DNA of 64,000 nucleotides, taken from positions 79,112,001 to 79,176,000 of the forward strand of contig OX638154.1 of NCBI GenBank assembly GCA_951804945.1. The letters are read 5' to 3'. The translations under genes were made by a program, and so were the position numbers. The stretch is from Podarcis cretensis (taxonomy: Eukaryota). The notes beneath the pieces are model-generated. The model made no database searches. It was not told the DNA's origin and saw nothing but the letters and a program-made list of their open reading frames with translations. Positions 12,498 through 24,082 of the stretch are shown here, piece after piece; within the stretch, counting starts at the first letter, position 1; each line of letters opens with the position of its first letter.

Positions 12498-12698
12498 GAG
12501 AGCTAGTGTAGTGCAGAGGTTGGAGTGTGGGACTTAGACTGGAGAGAACCATGCTCAAATTCCTGTTCAGACCTGTTTACTGGATGACCCAGTGTCAATC
12601 AGTCTCGCTCAGTCTACCTGAGTTGCTGGGAGGATCATACAAGGCATAGGACACTGTGTATGTTGCTCTAAGTTCCTGGGAGGAAAGGCAGGATAGAG
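12498..12698 (+). mobile_element. old tRNA-derived SINE (Squam3/MIR-like)
   Basis: GAGAGCTAGTGTAGTGCAGAGGTTGGAGTG head, GGATGACC...CTCAGTCTACCT core, GGAGGAAAGGCAGGATA L2-type end; boundaries approximate. Confidence 0.6.
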
Positions 12699-13589
12699 AG
12701 GTAGCAAGTCTGTTCCCCTGTGTTGTAATATTCTTGGATGAATGAATGAAGGAGGCATTGGGCAAATGAATCTTCCTGGCATGTCCTCTAATATTTTGAC
12801 TGCAGACCCATCTATACATATTTGATGTTTGTGATCACAGCAGATCTAAAAGGGGGCCACTGTGATTAGGCAAATCATGGCAGCTGTGCTGTGTATCTCC
12901 AGCCAGGAGGCACCAGTTTGTACTGCTGGCTTCACAATGTGATTCCAGCTTGACCACATGCTTGCTGGCAACCCTGCATCTGCTGGAGGTAGCCACTTTT
13001 ACGTCAAGAAACATCTGTACTGGCTTGGTGCTTAAGGCTGCACCTGTCGATTCCAGCTACTTGGAAAAGGGTCTAGTGCGGCCCATCTGCAAACTGTTAT
13101 CTATAATGGCCATTATATGTTTATTTCACACAAACATCCTGGTGGCCCTGCCCTGCCAGAGAAGGCAATCCATGCAATATTTCAATTGATGCCCAATGCT
13201 CTATTGTCTTCCGAGATCCATACTCTTATTGCACCATTGCAAATTGGGAGTAACTGCAGAAGGCAGCCAAGTTAACAGGACTTTTAAGAGTGAGATGTGA
13301 TTGAGACACTGAGAGAGTTGACCCCCGGAGGAAATAAAAAATGTAGTGGAGGCAGGAAGGGGAAGGCCAGAGGACACATTCAGCATTTGATGTACAGGGT
13401 GTTGCTCATTCCCTGTGGGAAAAATATTTTATTCATCATTCAATATGCAAACTTTTACTGACACTTGAGAGTTAGAGGGGTAAACGAGCCGTTGAGATTT
13501 TATGGCTTGTCCAGGGCTGAATATGAAATGTTGTGGAGGGCAATTGCAACCCCCCCCCACCGCCAGTGTATGTGTTTATGTGTGTGTAT

Positions 13590-13820
13590 AATAATTTTTA
13601 TTAAAGATTTTCTGGGGTTACAAAAATGATGTTCTCTTTTCAGGTTGTAGTCTTTTCTACAAATCAGTTACCTTCAATGTGAGACATTGATGTTGTATAC
13701 ATTATATGACATGGGGAGAAGAGAGGCGAGGAGGGGTAGTAAACTCACATCCTTTTACTTGGTGAATGTGTGAGGTTTTTGTGTCAGCGTCACTCGGGTA
13801 GCTTCTCTTTCTATTCATTT
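13590..13820 (-). mobile_element. probable L1 3' UTR remnant
   Basis: TTTTTTATTAAAG (reverse complement of AATAAA plus A-tail) followed by UTR-like sequence; no ORF; boundaries approximate. Confidence 0.4.
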
Positions 13821-14035
13821 ATCGTATTTCCTTGGTAGTGAGAGAGGTTGGGAGGGACCAGGCCCCACCCCCTGCCAGTATTCTGTTTATTGCAGACCGT
13901 AATAATAAAAGGGCTTCTCTAACCCAAACCTCTTGTTTAAAATATGGTTCCCTCCACAAAAAACCCTGGCTGTTAGAGTCACATAATGATGGTTGTACCA
14001 GGTTCTCTGTAGAAAAAAACAGGGGCATGCACCAG

Positions 14036-14469
14036 CAGTGGCGTAGCGTGGGTTGTCAGCACCCGGGGCAAGGCAAGTAATTTGCGCCCCCTAACCCGGG
14101 GCAAGGCAATTAATTTGCGCCCCTAACCCCTAACCTGCCGCCGCTGCCAGCTTCTTCTTGCTGCTGCCTGGGCTGGTCGGGTGTAGTTCTCTCCCACGCT
14201 CAGCACTGCGCGGGGCGGCCACTGCACTGTCCCTCCCCCAGATAGTCCCTCCCTCGCTCTCTCTCCGCTCCGCACTGCAACGCACGCCTGGCACCCTCCC
14301 CCTCCACAGTGGGCGGCGACCCGGCAGCTCGGATCGGATCGGCCAGCACTGCAATGAGAGAGAGTGAGTGAGCCAGGTAGGGGCAGAGAGCTGCGAGTGT
14401 GAGCGCACCCCCCCAAATGTTGCGCCCGGTGCGGCTGGCCCCCCCTGCACCCCGCACGCTACGCCACTG
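14036..14469. mobile_element. young CpG-rich hAT MITE
   Basis: perfect TIR CAGTGGCGTAGCGTG / CACGCTACGCCACTG; perfect 8-bp TSD TGCACCAG (14028-14035, 14470-14477). Confidence 0.95.
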
Positions 14470-14680
14470 TGCACCAGTTCTCTGTGTGGCTCAGATTATG
14501 GGGAATGGCAGGACCATTCAGGGAAGGTGGCCACAGTTTCCAGTTGGATTGAGCCGTTTTGAAGGCATCTCAAGATGGAAGTGACTCAGGGGCTCGCTAA
14601 GGTAGAGACAAAGCTGAATGAGTCACGGTTTCTACCAGGCATTTATGGAGTTTCAAAACAGATGTTTTCCAATAACTGGG

Positions 14681-14836
14681 GCAGGGCAGAACATCTGCTT
14701 TGCATGCAGGGGATTGCAGCTTCAGATATTTCTAGGTAGGGCTATGAATGTCCTCTCCCTGCCAGTCAGTGTAAGCAAGTACTGAGCAAGACGGACCGAT
14801 GATCTGCCTCAGCACGAGGCAACTTCTGATGTTCTT
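14681..14836 (+). mobile_element. ancient tRNA-derived SINE remnant (LF-SINE-like tail)
   Basis: GGCAGAACATCTGCTTTGCATGCAG head and CTGCCAGTCAGTGTAAGC...GGCAACTTCTGATGTTC tail; related remnants near 45335-45460 and 62735-63250. Confidence 0.55.
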
Positions 14837-16272
14837 ATCTTGACTTTGCCTTTATGATCTTCAGAGTGAGTTTTTCCAGGCTATTTTCTTTCTTTCAGCT
14901 CAGCGTAGGTACACTATAAGGAACGACTGGCCCATCCCAGAAAGTATATGACCGAGCAAACCGCAAAAGACACTTTCCGTCTATTCTTGCAAGGGGAAAA
15001 TAGGAATCATCAATCGTTATTTGTATCATCCTGGTAATCATAGGAGTGACTGCTCAAAAGTATCTCTTTTTACTGATTTTTTCTTCTCACCCCATTTGAT
15101 TTCTCCCCTTCTTTCTTCAAACCTCATCGGAAGATAATGTCTGATGTTAGCAGAGATGCAGTTAGGGGCTGAAAATTGCAGTTATTTTGCCTTGCTGCTT
15201 TCCCCATCTAATGGTGGCATATCCCCCTTCAAATACACTGATGAAGCCCAGAGAGACACAGTAAACGGTGCGAGCCGGATCTGTTGTTCGGATAATTTGC
15301 CTTTTCCTCTTGGCAGACAAACAGTTTCATCAGAGGCTGTGGATAATGTTCCATGATTCTGCTCTCAACAGATATGTTTCCTGAGTGCTAGTTAACATCA
15401 TTCCTATTATGACCCTTCACTTGGTTTCAAAGATCACTTTCTGGAAAAAATATGTCTAGGTTGCCGCAATCCATATATATAGCCTGGAGCCACTGAGTAA
15501 AAAGCTCTGTGCTGTAGGAAGGAAAAAGGCCCAGAATTAAAAGCTGCAAGGCAGCACAGCGCTTGAATCCAGGTAGTTGGTGCTAATCAAAACCAGCAGG
15601 CAAACTCCCCAGGGTTCAACTTTGCAAATGGGACATTTATTTTGGAAAATAAAGGGTTACACCCAGAAACAATTGAGCATGCACAAAGGTGGTGGAGACT
15701 AGCTGCTGGAGTTGTGCCAACCATGCAGACGATGCAGGAAATTGAAATGGACTTTTGAATCAATCTTGGTTTGAACTGCAAAAATATTGACAATCATTAG
15801 ACCAAAGCCAGGGCTCATAGGACAACTGAGAATTATGAACCCCATAGATTTGATGTACAAACCAACTGATTCTGAATATCACTGGGAAAACCACACATTT
15901 AATATAACACGCTGCTTGACCTTCAGTGTCATGTGTCTCTTGCCCCCTTCTCACTGATAGGCTTATCAATTGACCACCCCAGTCCTTTCAGTTCCCTCGT
16001 AAGTCTTTCAACCATCTGCGGGCATAAAATATGACTGCTGTTGGCTGGCAGTGTCAGAAGTACTTCAGCATGTTGTGAGAGAAGGACAAGATGAAGAGCT
16101 CTGAGGAAGCCGCTTTGGTAACAAATCACCAATTTAGCCTCCCTAATATATCATGAAAAACAGCTGCAACAGGTTTCGACTTTATTTATGCCGCAGGCTT
16201 GCTTACTAAGTGCCGCAGTTCCAAGGAGAACATATTCATTATAACAATGGTGTGTGCGTATACTTAAAACTG

Positions 16273-16771
16273 GCAAAGAAGTGGAAAGGAAACAAGACAC
16301 CCACAAAAGAGGATTGGTTATATAAACTATCCGAATTTATAGAATTGGAGAAAATAACTGCAGCAAAAAAGATATCAAACAAACCAGAAATTAAGGTCAC
16401 AATGGATATGGTTTGCAGAGTATATGAGCAAACATTTCTCTAAAGACAGCATGTTGATATGTTTAGACTAAGCTTGTAAAGTTGATCTAGAAAAAAATGA
16501 CAGTTTAACAAGAGAAGTAAGGTAGAATTATTTGAATTGCAATGCAAACAAGAATTTTAAGGAAGAAAAGTTGATGAGCACTGGTGCAGGGAAGTCACGA
16601 GGGTGTAGTTTCATCTATTTATTTTATGTATTTCTTCTTTTTTACCTTTCTTTTGTATGGTGTTTGGAAGTGTATGTGCATTATGTGTTTTTATGTCTGT
16701 AAGTGTATGTGCATTATTGTTTTGTATGTATGCCTAAATAAATAAAATATTTTTACAAAATAAAAATTAAA
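16273..16771 (+). mobile_element. L1 LINE 3' fragment
   Basis: AKKWKGNKTPTKEDWLYKLSEFIELEKIT resembles the L1 ORF2 C-terminus; T-rich UTR, AATAAA, A-rich tail; candidate TSD TAAAACTG (16265-16272, 16772-16779) at a TT/AAAA site. Confidence 0.75.
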
Positions 16772-17585
16772 TAAAACTGCTTGAGTTTTGAATCTCTTTC
16801 CTTTTCCTTTGGATGGTTTTGTCATCTCTCCAGAGATTATTATTTTTTTTTACTAATATCTAACCCACTCACAGTAAAAGCCAAATAAAATAAAAGGCAT
16901 TCTGATTACGAACAGCCTGGCACACATTATCCGCCCCACGATGGCACATTTTTGTATTGACTCATCAGGGTTTGGGTTTTTTGTTTTGTCTTGCATCATA
17001 GCTACATTTTCTCATTCGACATTGGCCGGATACTCCATCATGTTCCTAAAGCAGCTATTTGTTATGCAAGGCCTGCTCCTGCAGTGTGACTGACTGATAA
17101 CTGCAGCTCTTTGAAACTGAACACTACATGATTAGACATGGTGCCAGAGCCTCTATTATGCACCAAAAGACTTTCTCGCCCTTAGCTACCTTTAAAAGAG
17201 GTTTGACATGTCTTAATCCCCACTTGATAAGGCTAACCGTGGGCCTCACTTCCCATGTTTGTTGGTTTCTCCGTGTGAGAAGTTGCCTGAAATTACATCA
17301 TGAGTGTAATTTCCCAAACTGGTTTGTTTCTCGCTGTGAAGGACTGCCCTACTGCCCCCTGTGTTTCGCACCTGCTTTGATGCAGAATCAGGCCACCAGT
17401 CAACAGTGCTTGCTGGCAGACAAGACAGGTAGATCCTACATGGTTGGATCAACATAGGATAGCCCATAAGGCTGGACCCTGATTGGTGTGTGTTCAACTC
17501 CTGAGTGACCAAGATGATGAAGGGTCTGGAAACCAAGCCTTATGAGGAACAGTTGAGAGCGTTGGGTGTGGTCAGCCTGGGGAAG

Positions 17586-18194
17586 TGTGCTGGTCCCGAG
17601 GGTTAACCGTGCGGCAAGGTCCGAGTCCAGTCCGAGGTCGAGGGTGCGGAATGGAGGCTGTCCGTCATAGGTGAAGCTGGGTCCAAGGCAGAGAGTCGGG
17701 TGAGGTCAGGAACTCTGGCAGAAGAGCAGGGCAGGGTGCAGGCAGGAACAGGCTACCAACAACGTTGCTCCTGCAACCTGGGACTGGGGCTGGCTGGCTT
17801 TTATCTGCCCCAAGGCATAGGGCGGGCCCGGTCCACAGGTGACTCGCCTCTCCTGGCCTGGAAGCGAGCACTCCTCCTGCAGGAACTTAGTTCCCTCTGC
17901 CTCTCTGCCCTGAGCCTCTGCAGCTCAGGAGAAGCTGGAGGGTTACCGGACCCAGAGGCAACCTCAGCTTCCCCTGACGGGGCTGAGAGTGGAGCACCTG
18001 CAGGCAATGGGTCCTCCATCCCCTCAGGAGCCAGAGCAGACTCAGCTGGTGCCTGCACCTGAGGATCCAGCACAGGTGAGGACCCTTCAGGCTCATGCCC
18101 CAACCCCAGCTCAGCTGGTTCTGGAGGTGGGCGATCCTGTGCAGGCTGGGATTCCTCAGGTTCAGCCTCAGAGTCTGAATCCCAGGCTATCACA
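17586..18194 (-). mobile_element. solo LTR (Gypsy-like) with an open frame across U3
   Basis: TGTG...CACA ends; TSD GGAAG/CGAAG; minus-strand ATAAAAG TATA-like box at about 17798-17804; frame from LTR nt 2 (VIAWDSDSE...RRSAR...) open to 17801. Confidence 0.8.
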
Positions 18195-18241
18195 CGAAGA
18201 GAAGACTGAGAGCTGTCTTCAAATATCCTAAGGGCTGTCAC

Positions 18242-18770
18242 TGTTGGATCAATCCATCAATCTCTGATGGATGATTTAGAAGGATTGGGTCCAGAATCAC
18301 TTTTGCTGTGCATGTGTTCCAGTATCCATACTCAGCAGAGTTACATCTCAACACAGCTCCTTCCGTGGAAGCATCTTTGGTGCTGAAGGTACACACAGTA
18401 GACAATAAACATTCATGGATGCCATGAAGAGTCAATCAAGTGTAGAGGTTGACCTGATAGGCATAAAAACATGTTGGTAGCAAATATATACAGACATTTC
18501 ACCACTGCAGTGGTCAAGGCATGCTCAGAGCGCTACAAGAGTCCAAGAGTCTCTCTCTGCTTCTCTCACCACAAGATGCAAGCAAGAAACTCACAACAAG
18601 TTACACAGAACCATTATCAGTACTTCCTGTGACACTGTGCATGTCCAAAGAACAGTTCCCACAGAAAACGTCCTTGCATAGACTAAACGGTCTCAGCCTT
18701 CTGCTGCTTCTTGAAACTTCTCTGTTTCTGGAACAAAGGATTCTCTCTCACACAGAGAGAATATCCAACA
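18242..18770. mobile_element. solo LTR (TGTTGGAT...ATCCAACA)
   Basis: 8-bp terminal inverted repeat with TG...CA; perfect 5-bp TSD GTCAC (18237-18241, 18771-18775); orientation not determined. Confidence 0.85.
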
Positions 18771-18790
18771 GTCACATGGAATATGGAGTA

Positions 18791-18955
18791 CAGCACTGGA
18801 TTTATGGTGGTGTGGGCAGTTATGCCATACAGGGAGCTGAGCTAAAGGGGTGCCTAATTGAGAAGATCCATAATTGAGAAGATCCATTCGGGGGCACTAC
18901 ATTTTGGCCTTGCACAGGGCACCATTTTGTAAAAGACTACCAAAGTCCGCCCCTG
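18791..18955. mobile_element. hAT-type MITE
   Basis: 8-bp TSD ATGGAGTA/ATGGAGCA; imperfect TIR CAGCACTGGATTT / AAAGTCCGCCCCTG. Confidence 0.7.
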
Positions 18956-20248
18956 ATGGAGCAAGCGTTTTCCTGCTGCTCCAGAGGGCAGAGCTTGAAC
19001 CAACGGATTCAAATTACAAGAAAGGAGATTCCGACTAAACTCTAGGAAGAACTTTCTGATGGGAAAGGAAAAAGCTAATAGCTGCTTGACAGCCAAACAG
19101 ATTACCTCAGGAGCAGGTGGACTCTCCCCAATGGGAAGTTTTTAAGCAGAGTTTGGATGGCCACTTGTCTGGGATTTTTTAGCTGTGAATTCTTGGGGTC
19201 CCCCTCAAACCCTACAATTCTATGATTCTTCAAGTTGGTTTTATTTGCTTTCATGTTTTTATACTGTTTTATTGCATATTTGTTTCAATGGGTAAAGTGG
19301 TACTGTGGAGAATACATCTCTCTTGAGGGCCAACATTAGTGTAAACGCTGGCAGTCTTCAAGCCTACGGCGTTGGTTAATGGACTTTAGCTACACAATAG
19401 TGCTCTTTCTGTCTTCTAATTAAAGTCTATAAAATAATTACCCTAGAAATTAGGACAGTTTTAATCTTTGATATGTATAATGAGGTTTAAAGGCCATCGT
19501 TGTGGCTGGCATTGTTTGTACCATCACTGCTTAATTGCGTCCTATTGTTCCCTGAAAACCGAGTATTGTGCGTGCAAGTTTTGAAGGAGTCTCATAATTT
19601 ATTAACTTACTTTTTAATAATGAACTTTGAACAGCATCCCATTCAGTCCAGCACAATAATGCTAGAGCAATTTACGAGGCAGGATACTAATACGGTGTGC
19701 CTGCCATGGTCTTATCTTGTGTGTACCACTTTGAAGCAAAGTAGCTCTGGTGTGAAAAAACCATATATAATTCATGTATTCTCCATCTCCCTTTCCTCCT
19801 CTCTCTCTCTCTCTCTCTCTGCAATTTATGGGCTGGATCTTTGTTACCTAAGGGTTGCTAAAGGCAGTGGTTTTTGTTTCTTTAATAGTAAGGATGAGAG
19901 CAGTAATTTTAGGACAGCAGAATGGGGGAAGAGGTAATTTAACCTTGCCCACCTATGATCCCAATGAATATCGCTCCCTGCATTGCAATTAATGGTAAGG
20001 GGAATTCTCCCATAGCTACCAATGGGAGCTTTCCTCCATTACTCATAACAGCACAGGGAGAGATTTTCATGACAATGTGGCATTGTCAGGCAGCCTAATC
20101 AGAGTGAGGTCAGTACTTCAGCTATGCAAACGACATGGCATTGTGTGGTCTCTGAAGAATATTCTCTCATCAGTAGGTCTGTTCCATATGATATAGGAAT
20201 CGACCCTTTATTATGGTGACATCTGCCCATTGGAATACCCTCCCATTA

Positions 20249-20427
20249 CAGTAGTACGTGGGGTTACAAACACCTCAGGTTACAGACTCCGCTAACCTGG
20301 AAGTAGTACCTCAGGATGAGAACAGAAACCTCGCGCTGGTGGTGCAGCGGCAGTGGGAGGCCCCATTAGTTTCAGGTTAAGAATGGACCTCTGGAACAAA
20401 TTAAATTCGTAACCAGAGGTACCACTG
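20249..20427 (+). mobile_element. pogo/Tigger-like MITE, family A copy 3 (shorter, diverged)
   Basis: TA|CAGTAGTAC...GAGGTACCACTG|TA. Confidence 0.85.
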
Positions 20428-20619
20428 TATACATTCAACTAGCCATCTCTGTTGTCTTTTCAATACCTACTGAGAACCTTCCTTTTTCAACAAGCCTTTT
20501 AAGTGGAGTAATGTTTTCTCTCTATAAAATTGTTTTATATACTTTTTGATTTTCAATGCTTTTGTTGTTAAATTGCTTTGAAATGTTTCATAGGAAGCGA
20601 GCAATGGAAGAAGAAATCT

Positions 20620-21100
20620 GCTGTAGAGTTTGGAAAATGGCTTGTTTGTTTGTTCTCCATAGGTTTGGCCACCTCTTGAGATATTGCCACCAAATTTGGC
20701 ACAAGGGTTCCTCAGGTGGAGGCTGTGGACTTTTGTTGATGTTTGGATGTCAGCCGCCATTTTGAAACAAGGTGGTGGACCAAAATGTCGCTTTGGTGTG
20801 TCTTCGTTGTTTTTTGACATAGGTTTGGTTTCCTCTCAAGATATTGTCAGCAAATTCAGCACAAGGGTTCCTCAGGTCAGGGTGGTAGAGTCTGTCATTG
20901 TTTAGATGCCAGGTGCCATTTTGATTCAAGATGGAAGTCCAAAACATCACTTAAGTCCAACTTCACCTGTTTTTTTGGCATAGGTTCAGCTGCCTGTTGA
21001 GATATCATCACCAGACTCAGTATGAGGGTTCCTGAGGTTGTTGCTCTTTGTTGACATTTGGATGCTGGGCACCATTTTGAATTAAGTTGGTGGACCCAGT
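20620..21100. repeat. three diverged ~160-bp tandem units, probably a Helitron-like or DNA-transposon remnant
   Basis: units begin ATAGGTT at 20659, 20819 and 20980; each has GATAT..CA..A..T..G.A..AGGGTTCCT.AGG and CCATTTTGA....AAG.TGG. Confidence 0.7.
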
Positions 21101-21261
21101 TTTTGCTCTGACAGCTCCAAACCTACAAATCACACTATACATTAAAAAAAACAATATGTTTTGGTTTCCAGTCATATAAATAAGAAAACCCTATTTTGTT
21201 TTGCTTCTAAAAATGATGTTAAGGCTGCACCTTGGAGAAAGACGCAGCTGTGAATAGGGAG

Positions 21262-21262
<1 letters not shown>

Positions 21263-21306
<44 letters not shown>

Positions 21307-21365
21307 TTATTTATATCCCGCCCTCCCCAGCCAAAGCCGGGCTCAGAGCAGCTAACAACAGTAAA
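21263..21365 (-). mobile_element. L2 3' tail with (AAT)n
   Basis: reverse complement of the 6975-7075 end. Confidence 0.8.
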
Positions 21366-21722
21366 AGAGCACATGGTACCTAAGCTAAGGTGTTTTTGCA
21401 CTCATATCCTAACAAAACTCACTTTTAAACTTCCAGATATCTGCAGGTAAAAATCCAGCACAAGCCCACTGTGTACACATTTTTTGTTCCATTGTCAAGA
21501 CTGTCCAAAAAGGATTTGTAAGACTTAAAAGCAAATCCAGTTTTTACCAAAGGTGAAAGTCAAATCAGTTTGCCTGCCCCTGTCTGGATACTGTTGAAAA
21601 CAGACCACTGCACTACATATTCCTTTGAGTCTTGTGCAGCAGGGCACTTATGTGCTGAACTCTCAGTAGTAACCCTCTGCCCATTTTTTCCTCAGGGTCG
21701 TTAAAAGCTGAGGAATACCAGT

Positions 21723-21876
21723 GGGAGATGATAGCTCAGTTGGTAGAGCCTGAGACTCTTAATCTTAGGGTGATGTGTTCAAGTCGCACGCTGAGCCAAA
21801 TATTCCTGCACTGCAAAATATTCCTGCACGGGCTAGATCCTCGTGGTCCCTTCCAACGCTGCAATTCTACAATTAT
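21723..21876 (+). mobile_element. Squam2/POM-type SINE, tRNA-Lys(CTT)-derived head with CR1-type tail
   Basis: TAGCTCAGTTGGTAGAGCCTGAGACTCTTAATCTTAGGGT matches tRNA-Lys-CTT; ATATTCCTGCA body; GGTCCCTTCCAAC...AATTCTAC tail. Confidence 0.75.
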
Positions 21877-22345
21877 AAGAACATAAAAAAACCGCATAAT
21901 CAATATGTTGCACAGCATCACTACTTCTATTTTAAATTATGTCAAGGTATCTGCATAAATTTGGACATCGCACTCCTAAGGATGTGAACCTGTGGTCCTC
22001 CAGATGTGAGTGGACTGCAACTGCCAACATCTCTGACTACAGGCTATGCTGTCTGGGGCTGATGGGAGTTAGAGTTCAGCAACATTTGAAGAGTCATAGG
22101 TTCTTCACCTATTTAAGAGACGTCAGTGACTCATAAGCAGAAAAATTTCCTCTTCCTCCAGGCCTTTGGGTGATGGAGGAAGATGTCGGAAGACACCTGT
22201 CCGGCTTGTACTGTGAAGGAACAGGTGAAGTGAACTGTACCATGTTAATTAGATTTATTTGGTTCTAAGGCTTGATTTTATGTTGTCGTTTTTTACAGTT
22301 GTGACCTGTGCTGGGATCGTTTTGGGGGTATACATTTTATTAATG

Positions 22346-22379
<34 letters not shown>

Positions 22380-22388
22380 TAAGTAAAT
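22346..22388. repeat. (AGTA)n microsatellite at the end of a degenerate L2 tail
   Basis: direct reading. Confidence 0.85.
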
Positions 22389-22487
22389 AAGCAAGCAAGC
22401 AAACATAACTGGGCACTGTGGAACACAAATATAAGGCTGGGACACGTCTTCAGTAAAGGCTGATCTATCTCCCCTAAAAACCATGTA

Positions 22488-22713
22488 CAGTGGTACCTTG
22501 GGTTACATACGATTCAGGTTACAGACTCCACTAACCCAGAAATAGTACCTCAGGTTAAGAACTTTGCTTCAGGATGAGAACAGAAATTGTGCTCCGGGGG
22601 CGCGGCAGCAGCAGGAGGCCCTATTAGCTAAAGTGGTGCTTCAGGTTAAGAACAGTTTCAGGTTAAGAACGGACCTCCGGAACGAATTAAGTACTTAACC
22701 TGAGGTACCGCTG
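22488..22713 (+). mobile_element. pogo/Tigger-like MITE, family A copy 4
   Basis: TA|CAGTGGTACCTT...GAGGTACCGCTG|TA. Confidence 0.9.
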
Positions 22714-23297
22714 TACACTAACATAAAAAGGTTAGCTGTTGTAGACTGGCCAGGAGGGGTTGCCATGATGCGTCTGCTATTACCTTAGTCAACCAAGGGA
22801 GATATTGCTGAAGCTGAAGAAGATTCCATGTGGAAGAAGAAACATTAGGAATCATTTGGGCTGGGCTGTATGTTTGGTATCAGACAGTGGGTCTTACCTA
22901 ACCTCCTGGCAAGTGGACCGCTGCTGTTTGCTGGGAGGGACAGTGGGTGTGGCTTGGCAGTGAGGAGGTTGGCGCTGTGCAAACACACGACCAGAGCCAA
23001 TATGGTGCTTCTGCCAATGTTTTTGCACAGTGCTGACCTCCCAACTCTCCCTGTCGGGAAGCAGCAGCGACTCCACTGCAGGGAGGTCAGGTTAACTGCA
23101 ACCAACCAACCCTACTGTTCACTACTGCGTATATCACAGTGATGGTAGGGCTACAGCCTAAAATGTCCCCTCCATCACCAGTAATTAGGATGCTGTGCCA
23201 TCCGTTGTGTTTCCTCACCTCAATGAAAACTGAACTTTCCTGATTGTTTGGCTTTGATTTTCTGGTCTTACCTGTATTTTGATAATACATATGCTGC

Positions 23298-23780
23298 TGT
23301 CAGGGCCAACAGGAGAGAACAGGTTGTTTGCAGAACAGAGAAAGACAGTGACACGCCAGCTAACTTACAGTAAGTTTCTTTATTACATAAGCAGAACAAA
23401 GGATACACTGAGACTTCGAAGGGATGCTCCTTTCTGGCTGAAGCAATTGCTTTGATTGGCTTGTGCCTCCCACTTCATCCCATTCCCTCTGTGTCAGGCC
23501 CCTCCCTCTGTCTACAGTGAGTCCCGAGGGACCCTCTCTGTTTCTCCCTGGCTCTCTGTTCTGTGATATGCTTCAGACACCTTATTCTGGGGGTGGCGGC
23601 TTGCAGGCTGTCTGGGTGGCTCTGTGGCGAAGCTGCTAAGTCTGATCCCTATCTTTGCTCTGTGCTGGGGCACCTGCCTGTTTCTCATCTTCCTCCAAAT
23701 CCTCTCCCTCTGTGCTCTCCCTGGGGGGCCCTTGGTCAGGTGGTTTCCAACATTCTTCCTCATCCAGCCAGTCCCTGACA
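23298..23780 (-). mobile_element. solo LTR, TGTCAGGGACTGG family
   Basis: TGTCAGGG...CCCTGACA ends; minus strand starts TGTCAGGGACTGGCTGGATGAGGAAGAA like 40012 and 55337; minus AATAAA near 23379-23384; TSD degenerate (GCTGC/CCTAC). Confidence 0.75.
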
Positions 23781-24082
23781 CCTACTAACTGCCATATAGT
23801 CAGTCATAACTGACTAATGCTGCAGTCTTAACATGTCAGGAAATGGTCTGAAGACAAGGACTGGGGAATGCATCTATGGCAGACCAGCTTCTCTCCGATG
23901 GACAGCTGGAGGGGGAAGAGTTCCCCCCTCTTGTCCACAGAGTGTTCAGAAGCAAAGAGAGAGACAGGAGCTGAACATCTTAGGGGGGAGTTACCCAGTT
24001 ACGAGATAATGACAGCAGAAACAGAAGGGAGGGGGCTGCTAGTTGAGACGTCACTTGTGCTTGCAACATGATGCTATAATAG

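Larger units (their letters stand above)
17503..19229 (+). mobile_element. CR1 LINE 3' fragment split by three nested insertions
   Basis: pieces 17503-17585, 18195-18241, 18771-18790 and 18956-19229 join into a continuous CR1 3' end finishing in ATTCTATGATTCT. Confidence 0.85.

Noticed and set aside
14090-14136. Interstitial telomeric array
   Set aside because: Only two or three CCCTAA words, inside a MITE subterminal duplication
17801-18241. 146-aa ORF as a standalone gene with its own start
   Set aside because: Its first 16 codons come from antisense CR1 and the edge of a neighbouring insertion; only the part inside the LTR (from 18193) is meaningful
21730-21800. Functional tRNA-Lys gene (and tRNA-Ile at 63284)
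   Set aside because: Stems are mutated, there is no Pol III T-run terminator, and both run into a SINE body and CR1 tail
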